Shown here piece by piece: positions 25,763 through 32,000 of a stretch of 32,000 bases of DNA. Under the pieces are notes generated by a model that was given only the letters and a program-made list of their open reading frames with translations, had not been told where the DNA came from and did not search any database. The first letter of the stretch is position 1, and every line of letters begins with the position of its first letter. The DNA lies in assembly GCA_964586355.1 (NCBI GenBank), contig CAZPGO010000030.1, positions 72,441 through 104,440 on the forward strand, in the 5' to 3' direction. The stretch is from an uncultured archaeon. GTDB taxonomy: Archaea > Iainarchaeota > Iainarchaeia > Iainarchaeales > CSSED10-239. Position numbers and translations under genes: made by a program.

Positions 25763-25926
25763 TTTATTTTTGTTGCTATATAATATAAATTGCTACATCC
25801 TGTTTATTGTATAATAAACTTGTTAAAAAAACAAATTTACAAAACATAGAGATCTCAAGCTTTTTAAATATAATATCTATATATTTTATTAGTTTAAACT
25901 ATTATTAAAAAAATAAAAAGATAAAT

Positions 25927-27009
25927 ATGAACAAAAACATTTTCCAAAAAGATCAAATAGAATATGCAACAATCTTTAAAGATGAAAGTATATTTTATCC
26001 AAGCTATTTACCAGAGGAAATACCTGCAAGAGATAAACAAATAAAAGAAATCACTTTTTGTCTAGATCCAATTATTAAAAATAAAAAAACACAAAACATG
26101 TTGTTATTTGGAACCCCGGGAACAGGAAAAACCTTACTTTCAAAATATGTAGTAAAACAGTTAACAGAATACACACAAAAAGCAAAATATGTTTACATAA
26201 ATGCAATTGAAGATAACACCAGATATGCTGTTTTACTAAAAATATTATCGCTGTTTTCAGATGTTTTACCAAGAAGAGGTTTAGGCACAGATGAAATATT
26301 TGGAAGAATTAAAGAAAATCTAAAAAAACAAAATTCAATACCAATAATAATTATTGATGAAGTAGATCAATTACCGTCTAGTGAGGCTTCTTATTTGTTA
26401 TATGAGCTTTCTAGAACTGTTGTAGAAAATAAATATTTCACATTATTGTTAATTACAAACAATAAAGATTTTTTAGTACATTTAGATCCAAGAGTGCAAA
26501 GTAGTTTGTTTATAACTAGAATAGAGTTTAATAAATATTCGCCAGTGGAGCTAAAAACCATTTTAAGAGAAAGAATAGAGTATGGTTTGATAAAAAACGC
26601 AATTTCTGAAGACCTTATGGGTTATATAGCAGGTTATGCTTCTAAATCTGGAGGAGATGCTAGAATTGCTATAGATCTTTTATTTAAAGCTGCAAAGAAT
26701 GCAGATAAAAAAGGTTCTTTAAAGATAACTAAACAGATACTTTTAGATTCTGCAAATGTTGTTGACTCTATTAAACTTTCAGAAAAGAAAAAAACTCTTT
26801 CTAAGCTTGAGTTAAGTGTTTTAAGTTCTATAATAGATGGTATGCAATCAGGAGATCTATATTCTTTATTTCCAAAAAATCAAGAAAGAACAATAAGAAG
26901 ATATATTACTAGTTTTGAAAAACAAAAATTAATTGAGACAAAAGAGATAAACACAAAAAATGGAAGAACTAGACAAATATTTCTAAAGTTTGATAAGAGT
27001 TTATTATAA
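25927..27009 (+). CDS. orc1: Orc1/Cdc6 replication initiator, paralog 2
   Basis: 360 aa. YLPEEIPARDKQI, Walker A FGTPGTGKTL, Walker B IIIIDEVD, GGDARIAIDLL, C-terminal winged helix. Confidence 0.85.
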   Translation: MNKNIFQKDQIEYATIFKDESIFYPSYLPEEIPARDKQIKEITFCLDPIIKNKKTQNMLLFGTPGTGKTLLSKYVVKQLTEYTQKAKYVYINAIEDNTRYAVLLKILSLFSDVLPRRGLGTDEIFGRIKENLKKQNSIPIIIIDEVDQLPSSEASYLLYELSRTVVENKYFTLLLITNNKDFLVHLDPRVQSSLFITRIEFNKYSPVELKTILRERIEYGLIKNAISEDLMGYIAGYASKSGGDARIAIDLLFKAAKNADKKGSLKITKQILLDSANVVDSIKLSEKKKTLSKLELSVLSSIIDGMQSGDLYSLFPKNQERTIRRYITSFEKQKLIETKEINTKNGRTRQIFLKFDKSLL

Positions 27010-27036
27010 ACTTTTTCAAAAAAAGTTTAATCAAAA
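27006..27036. repeat. 31-bp exact repeat, copy A (contains an A/T palindrome)
   Basis: ATAAACTTTTTCAAAAAAAGTTTAATCAAAA is identical to 30372-30402. It overlaps the orc1-2 stop codon. AAAAACGAGAT follows at 27049-27059 and recurs at 30460-30470. Confidence 0.8.
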
Positions 27037-27075
27037 ACGAAAGAAAGTAAAAACGAGATAAAAAGAAATAGAAAT

Positions 27076-27825
27076 TTAGTCTGTATCTACTCTTGGAGCT
27101 AAATAATATCTTATAGCTGCAGATCCAATAGTGTAACTTAACTCTATTGGCATATCGTCTTTTAGTTTAATATTTATTGTGCCTTTTGAGTTTTTAATCA
27201 TATTTTGTAAATAATCTAAAGGAAACATAGCTTTTGCTTTTTGTCCAGAGATTGCAACTTCTCCACCTTCAATTTCTTGTTTAAATTTACCTTTGCTACT
27301 TTGTGTCTCTAAAATAAATTTTTCATCTGATACTTTAAATGTCAAATGAGAACTAAATAATGCAGCATCTTTAATACCGCCAAGTAATTGGTCACTTGTT
27401 AGTTGAACAGTAACTTCAAAGGGTATGTTTGGCAGAGGGTGTTGTTGATCTGAAACATCTATTAAAGGTATGGTAAAAGATCTTTTTGATTTTCCTAACA
27501 ATTCAATTAAGATTGTTGGTTTCTCTTCTTTAATTTCAATAGAGAGTTTGTCATCTGCATTAGAATGAGATAAAATTTGTAAAAGGTTATTAAGATTTAT
27601 TCCAAAAGAGATTTTATTTGCACTTTCTTCTCCAATATCTGCAATATATTCTTCAAAAGCAGATTTTGGCATTACAAAGTCCACTAAGCTTATTTGGCTA
27701 GGGTCTGTTGCTCTTAAAAAGAATTTTTCTTTATCTATGGTAAATAAACCTTCATTTATTAATACTCCAATAGCATCAATACATTTGTAAAATTCTTTTG
27801 CATCTTTTATTACAAGTTTTATCAT
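27076..27825 (-). CDS. pcn: DNA polymerase sliding clamp PCNA
   Basis: 249 aa. MIKLVIKDAKEFYKCIDAIGVLINEGLFTIDKEKFFLRATDPSQISLVDF is a typical archaeal PCNA N-terminus. C-terminal IRYYLAPRVD. Confidence 0.9.
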   Translation of the reverse strand: MIKLVIKDAKEFYKCIDAIGVLINEGLFTIDKEKFFLRATDPSQISLVDFVMPKSAFEEYIADIGEESANKISFGINLNNLLQILSHSNADDKLSIEIKEEKPTILIELLGKSKRSFTIPLIDVSDQQHPLPNIPFEVTVQLTSDQLLGGIKDAALFSSHLTFKVSDEKFILETQSSKGKFKQEIEGGEVAISGQKAKAMFPLDYLQNMIKNSKGTINIKLKDDMPIELSYTIGSAAIRYYLAPRVDTD

Positions 27826-27895
27826 TTTTCAATCATCCCCTCAAAAATAATATATATTTTGGTTAAAAACATTTTTTAAATAGGTCTTTTTTAGG

Positions 27896-28621
27896 TTATC
27901 TAGCAAACATTAGTTTTATATATCCAATATATGGAATTTTTCCAATTTTCTTTCCAATGATGTTCTCTGCGGGTGTTGGGTATAGATGTAAGCATCCTTT
28001 ATTAATATAGATCTCCTCATCTGTGCTAATGTTTCTATCTATTCCACAATCTTGATCTAGGTATCTATTTGTTTTACTATTATCTCCTTTTGTAAAGATA
28101 TATTCTCCATCATTAGCTTTAATATAAACAATTGCTCTGTGAATTATATCTTTTGGAACAGTGTTTGATTTATAAACTACTGTGCTGTTGTTGTTTGTTA
28201 TTGCATCATTAACAAAAATCTTTTCATTATTTATTTCTAAATACTCTATTTCTTGTAAACCGTATTCATTTGTTTTATAATTTAGAGTAAATATCTCAAA
28301 AAGATCTTTTTTAGAAATGTTATAATCAACAGTAATTGTTGGAACTATTAGATTTTCTGGAGCAGTTAAGATAACTACATCTCCTTTATTTAAGGTTGGA
28401 GTCATTGATGTGCTAACAACAATTGCTAGTGGCATACTTACTCTTAGAATAACACCTATTAGGTTGTATATTAAGTAAGCCATTAAAAAAGAAAATAATA
28501 AATAAAATATCCAATAAACAGTTTTAATTAAAGTATTTTTTGGTTTTCCAATTATTTTTTCAAGAAAGAGATCAAGATAAGTAAATGGATCTAACCAATA
28601 AAATATTTTTTTTAGTTTCAT
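27896..28621 (-). CDS. Signal peptidase I (archaeal/ER Sec11-type, S26B)
   Basis: 241 aa. N-terminal TM helices then VVSTSMTPTLNKGDVVIL (catalytic Ser box), HRAIVY (His box) and TKGDNS. Confidence 0.75.
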   Translation of the reverse strand: MKLKKIFYWLDPFTYLDLFLEKIIGKPKNTLIKTVYWIFYLLFSFLMAYLIYNLIGVILRVSMPLAIVVSTSMTPTLNKGDVVILTAPENLIVPTITVDYNISKKDLFEIFTLNYKTNEYGLQEIEYLEINNEKIFVNDAITNNNSTVVYKSNTVPKDIIHRAIVYIKANDGEYIFTKGDNSKTNRYLDQDCGIDRNISTDEEIYINKGCLHLYPTPAENIIGKKIGKIPYIGYIKLMFAR

Positions 28622-28622
28622 T

Positions 28623-28907
28623 TTAATTTATTTTCTCTGCACTTTTTTCTATAGATTTTAGTATATTTAAAAATTTTTCTTCAGTTTCATTTATTGCATC
28701 TAAAAAAACATCTTTTGCATTTTTTTCTTTTGTTCTAAGATAAATAGTAAATTCTTTTGCAAGTTCATCTGCATTTTTTTTAGAAACAAATTCTACGTCT
28801 TTTTTAGAAGATAGTTCATTTACTATCATATCGTAAAAAGAAGAATCTTCATTTTTTACTACAAATTCAAGTTCATTTTTTGTTTTCTGTATAAATTCTA
28901 TTTCCAT
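28623..28907 (-). CDS. rpoL: RNA polymerase subunit L/Rpo11-like protein
   Basis: The track ORF begins at 28952 inside csl4. ATG 28907 gives MEIEFIQKTKNELEFVVKNEDSSFYDMIVNELSSKKDVEFVSKK...FTIYLRTKEKNAKDVFLDAINE, resembling RpoL (MEI.i.e...neiefei.gEDHTlgN.L..eL....V.fa.Y...HP). The EDHT box is degenerate. The csl4-rpoL pairing fits conserved archaeal synteny. Confidence 0.5.
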   Translation of the reverse strand: MEIEFIQKTKNELEFVVKNEDSSFYDMIVNELSSKKDVEFVSKKNADELAKEFTIYLRTKEKNAKDVFLDAINETEEKFLNILKSIEKSAEKIN

Positions 28908-28908
28908 T

Positions 28909-29358
28909 TTATTCCACCAATTTTGCAAATTTTTTTGTTTGTATTGTGCCACAGTTTAGGCATTTTATTTTTCCATCATTCTCAATTGCTTTTTTATTTA
29001 ATGTTTGTTTACATTTTTTACAATATCCTTTGATAACCCCAAGTTCTGGGTAGTTGGTAACTAATTTATATTCATAAGGGGAGACATCACTAACCTTAGC
29101 AAGAATAATATCCCCTTTAGAAAAACAATCTTGTGTGCTTTCTATGTATTTAGAATCAATATTTTTTACAAATATAACTCCCATATCAGCAGGAGACAAA
29201 ACCTTTTTAGAATCCATACACCCACTAACACCAACAACTACAAGATTATCTTTTAAAACTAATATTTCTCCGTAAATTGTGTCTCCAATACTAATTGGTT
29301 CCTTTTTTTTAATATTTTTAAAAATATCATTAAATTCTTTTACTTTTTCGTTTTGCAT
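28909..29358 (-). CDS. csl4: Exosome RNA-binding subunit Csl4 (S1 domain plus zinc ribbon), shortened
   Basis: 149 aa. GDTIYGEI, GVIFVKNIDSKYIES..FSKGDIILAKV (S1), and GVIKGYCKKCKQTL...IKCLNCG (CxxC...CxxC ribbon). Confidence 0.65.
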   Translation of the reverse strand: MQNEKVKEFNDIFKNIKKKEPISIGDTIYGEILVLKDNLVVVGVSGCMDSKKVLSPADMGVIFVKNIDSKYIESTQDCFSKGDIILAKVSDVSPYEYKLVTNYPELGVIKGYCKKCKQTLNKKAIENDGKIKCLNCGTIQTKKFAKLVE

Positions 29359-29476
29359 TTGTTAATCACATGTTTTTTTATATAAAAATAAGTATTATAT
29401 AATATATATTATATAAAAAAAGGTTTATATAGATATTCTACTAATAAATCTTTAACAAAACACAAAATAGATTCAT

Positions 29477-30343
29477 ATGCTTGACTTTATATTTTCTGCA
29501 AAAAAGATGTTAGACAGACCTTATTTGATTATTTTTGAGGCCATTTATTTAGTTATAATCTCTGTATTTATTTCTTTGTTGTTATTACCACCACAATATG
29601 TAAGTATTGGTATTTTAACTTTTATAACTGTTGGAGCTATTCCTTTGTTTAATAAGATCTTTTCATATAGCTCTTATTTATTTAATTATAACAAATCTTT
29701 TTTTACTAGGCATAAAAAGCTATTAATAATATTAGTTTATTTTTTTATTGGTTTGTTTATTGCATATTCTGCATTTTATTTTTTTAGTACAGAACCTGTA
29801 AGAGAGGCTATTTTTTTAATTCAAAATGAAGAGATGGAAGGAATTTCTTATTTAAGAAGTTCTCTTACAGGAGAAATTTCTGCAATTGATTCTAGTACTC
29901 AAGCTGGTTTTGGGAAAGTATTTTCTTTAATTTTAAAAAATAACATAGGTGTTGCTTTTAGAGCATTATTACTTTCTTTATTTTATGGTGCTGGTGCTTT
30001 GTTTTTAATAGCTTGGAATGCTTCAATATTAGCAACAGTTATTTCTGCAGAGATCTTTTCTTCAATTGTTATTAGTGGTTATGGGCTAGGGTTATTAAGT
30101 CCATTTATTGGTCTTTTTAATGCTTTGTTTAATTTAATTGGGTATATTCCTCACGGTCTGCCAGAGATTCTAACCTATTTTTTAATAAGTTTTGCAGGAG
30201 CTATGATTGCTAGAGATCTTAACAAAGGGATTTTTTCAACAGAGTACAAGTTTAGAGTTTTGTTAGATTTTTTGTTAATGGTTGGTTTAGCTTTGCTTTT
30301 GTTAGTGTTAGGGGCATTAATAGAGGCCTCTTATTTCCTATAA
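29477..30343 (+). CDS. SpoIIM-like (DUF95) integral membrane protein
   Basis: 288 aa, polytopic. IPHGLPEILTYFLISFAGAMIARD matches the SpoIIM/DUF95 signature (PHG..E..a....g.aG). Confidence 0.6.
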   Translation: MLDFIFSAKKMLDRPYLIIFEAIYLVIISVFISLLLLPPQYVSIGILTFITVGAIPLFNKIFSYSSYLFNYNKSFFTRHKKLLIILVYFFIGLFIAYSAFYFFSTEPVREAIFLIQNEEMEGISYLRSSLTGEISAIDSSTQAGFGKVFSLILKNNIGVAFRALLLSLFYGAGALFLIAWNASILATVISAEIFSSIVISGYGLGLLSPFIGLFNALFNLIGYIPHGLPEILTYFLISFAGAMIARDLNKGIFSTEYKFRVLLDFLLMVGLALLLLVLGALIEASYFL

Positions 30344-30371
30344 CTTTTTTTTAAACAAAGAGATTAATCAA

Positions 30372-30402
30372 ATAAACTTTTTCAAAAAAAGTTTAATCAA
30401 AA
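30372..30402. repeat. 31-bp exact repeat, copy B
   Basis: Identical to 27006-27036. Lies between the SpoIIM-like gene and the pilin-FGE fusion gene. Confidence 0.8.
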
Positions 30403-30559
30403 TAGCCTTTCTTGAAAAGAAAGCCTAGGGAAAGAATTTTTTTCAACAAAAGGTTCAACAAAAACGAGATTAGAAAAAAATTATTACTAAAACCTAGTGA
30501 TTATCTATTTTTCTTGTTTTTCGCAACCTTTTTATATGTTTTCTTCTTTTTATTTAAAT

Positions 30560-31891
30560 ATGTTTTACAAGCGTTCTGTCTCTCCTTTAATCGCCACTAT
30601 TTTAATAATAGTTGTAAGTGTGATATTAGTCACTGTTGTTTTAACTTGGGGCAAAAGTTTTGTAAGCGATCATTTATCCAGTTCTTCTTCTTTAGTCACT
30701 TCTAGTAATACCGATCGTTATCAATATATTCGTTTAACCGATTCCAAGAACGGTCGTTTTTTTTTCACTTATTCTCCACCCCAGACCATAACTGATCATA
30801 ATTTTACCATTACTAGTTTTACTTACAATGGCGGTCATGAGATCCCCTTACCAGAAGAAAAAATAATAACCACTCCAGGAATATTTACTTTAGATCTAGG
30901 TATACTGGATAATGATCCTTTTTTTATAAACTTAATTTTTGCAGACAATTATTATTTATCCTTCAAAGACCTCACCACCACCAGTTCCGCCCCAAATGAA
31001 AGTGATTGTCCATCAGGTTTTATTCCAGTTCCAGGTAATCATTTATATGGTACTGTTTACTCCAAAGGTGGTTTTTGTGTAGCCCAATACGAAATGAAGA
31101 TGGATTATAATAGTGATGGTATAGGAGATCTAGTTGTCAATTATCCTGATTGTAATACCGATAGTTTAGTCTATAACACTTGGAGTTACTTAAATTGTTC
31201 AAACGGCACAATCGTTTCCACAAAAGAAGGTTCACCCATAGCACGAATCACTCAAGAACAAGCAATACCCGCTTGTGAGTCTATAGGCGGTCATTTGATC
31301 ACCAATGACGAATGGATGACTTTAGCAAGAAATATTGAAATGGTCAAAGACAACTGGAGTGGTGGAGAAATCGGCGTAGGTTATTTACCACGAGGTAACA
31401 CTAATCTTGGTGGTGCTGGTACCTCTTTAAATCCAGAAGGTAGTGGTAAAGCCAAGCGAACCTTAAAATTAACCAATGGTCAAATCATTTGGGATCTTCC
31501 CGGTAATGTTTGGGAATTGACTAATGATGAAATTGATTTATCTACAAATAGACCTACCTCTTTTAATAATTCAGGAGAAATAATAACTACAAATGGTTTT
31601 TATAATTATTTTTTAAAAGATCCGGACTCTGCTGCTATAGGGTATATTAAATATGATTCTCTTGGTAGTACAACTTTAAAATATAAAGATTTATTTTTAT
31701 TAACTAATGGAAATTATAATGTTGATAATGGTATTGGCAGAATATATTTGTCAACATCTACTGGGCGAGTGTTTCTGCGCGGTGGCGATTGGAACACTGG
31801 ACCTCACGCAGGTCTTTTAGCCTTGTACCTGCGCAGCGGGGCAAGTAGCCGGAGCTATAACATCGGGTTTCGGTGCGCAGTAGTTCCTTAA
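30560..31891 (+). CDS. Fusion protein: archaeal Pilin_N class III signal/anchor plus beta-rich linker plus FGE-sulfatase (SUMF1)-like C-terminal domain
   Basis: The track ORF starts at 30497; ATG 30560 gives MFYKRS|VSPLIATILIIVVSVILVTVVLTWGKSFVSDHLSS, the same module as pilins 1 and 3. C-terminal CPSGFIPVPG, FCVAQYEM, ITNDEWMTLAR, GNVWELTND, RGGDW and IGFRCAV are FGE-sulfatase family blocks. Confidence 0.8.
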   Translation: MFYKRSVSPLIATILIIVVSVILVTVVLTWGKSFVSDHLSSSSSLVTSSNTDRYQYIRLTDSKNGRFFFTYSPPQTITDHNFTITSFTYNGGHEIPLPEEKIITTPGIFTLDLGILDNDPFFINLIFADNYYLSFKDLTTTSSAPNESDCPSGFIPVPGNHLYGTVYSKGGFCVAQYEMKMDYNSDGIGDLVVNYPDCNTDSLVYNTWSYLNCSNGTIVSTKEGSPIARITQEQAIPACESIGGHLITNDEWMTLARNIEMVKDNWSGGEIGVGYLPRGNTNLGGAGTSLNPEGSGKAKRTLKLTNGQIIWDLPGNVWELTNDEIDLSTNRPTSFNNSGEIITTNGFYNYFLKDPDSAAIGYIKYDSLGSTTLKYKDLFLLTNGNYNVDNGIGRIYLSTSTGRVFLRGGDWNTGPHAGLLALYLRSGASSRSYNIGFRCAVVP

Positions 31892-31969
31892 TTTAAATAA
31901 TATTTAATCTCCAAATAATATATGTTATTCTGCTAGGAGATTATCTGCTATCTGTCTATCTTTGGTAAA

Positions 31970-32000
31970 GACCTTGCCTAAGGCAAGGTCAAATTTTTTT
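31970..32000 (+). terminator. Intrinsic (bacterial-style) hairpin terminator
   Basis: GACCTTGCC-TAA-GGCAAGGTC is a perfect 9-bp GC-rich stem. It is followed by AAA then T7 at the window edge, 79 nt after the fusion-gene stop. Confidence 0.55.

Noticed and set aside
964-26272. Antisense or shadow ORFs from the track: 964-1212, 3471-3683, 3797-4042, 5464-5676, 6948-7151, 8220-8441, 11065-11250, 12956-13183, 14198-14395, 18105-18347, 22073-22408, 23078-23275, 23896-24102 and 26075-26272.
   Set aside because: Each lies wholly or largely inside a longer ORF on the opposite strand that has recognisable domains or better context. Their products are low-complexity F/L/I/S-rich strings, typical of the reverse frame of AT-rich genes.
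30412-30705. 97-aa plus-strand ORF upstream of and overlapping the pilin-FGE gene.
   Set aside because: It starts at TTG inside the repeat-bearing spacer. It overlaps the conserved pilin leader out of frame and encodes F/K-rich low-complexity sequence. The pilin frame is the one with family signatures.
31905-31943. 8-bp inverted repeat TAATCTCC ... GGAGATTA downstream of the fusion gene.
   Set aside because: The stem is short with a 23-nt loop. The right arm may simply be a Shine-Dalgarno-like AGGAG. The stronger GC-rich hairpin at 31970-31990 is the better terminator candidate.
1-32000. CRISPR arrays, transposases, integrases, toxin-antitoxin pairs and recognisable defence genes.
   Set aside because: I saw no regularly spaced direct repeats. 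None of the ORF products shows nuclease, integrase or transposase signatures. The only exact long repeat is the two-copy 31-mer reported separately.

Overview
This is a very AT-rich (roughly 70% A+T by eye), tightly packed archaeal segment. Gene content and small protein sizes suggest a reduced-genome, DPANN-like archaeon; that assignment is inference. About 40 genes are supportable, and most are housekeeping. They include Bud32 (partial), ValRS, NAC, Dus, SepF, a ThiI-MnmA pair, two Orc1/Cdc6 paralogs, an NFACT-R protein, Cdc48, an M50 protease, TatD, an NPPY methyltransferase and a DRG GTPase. Also present are EndA, Dph5, PCNA, signal peptidase I, Csl4 with an RpoL-like protein, and a SpoIIM-like membrane protein. 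I saw no rRNA, tRNA, CRISPR array or transposase.

The accessory content is a dispersed type-IV-pilus-like surface system:
- Two half-size T2SSF/FlaJ/TadC-like platform genes, followed by four tandem archaeal Pilin_N paralogs that share a four-cysteine scaffold (18.5-22.4 kb).
- A minus-strand run of four small proteins with class-III-signal-like N-termini (23.9-25.4 kb). One is absent from the ORF track and appears to start at ATT behind a strong Shine-Dalgarno.
- The best lead: a gene at 30560-31891 that fuses the same Pilin_N module to a bacterial-looking FGE/SUMF1-like domain. It has foreign codon usage, a ~58% GC 3' tail and a bacterial-style hairpin terminator.

Other signals:
- AGATCT appears several-fold more often than composition predicts.
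- A 31-bp exact repeat occurs at two intergenic sites.
- A G-string/ORB-like element lies upstream of the second orc1/cdc6, next to PCNA.

All domain calls come from motif recognition by eye and need HMM or structure confirmation.
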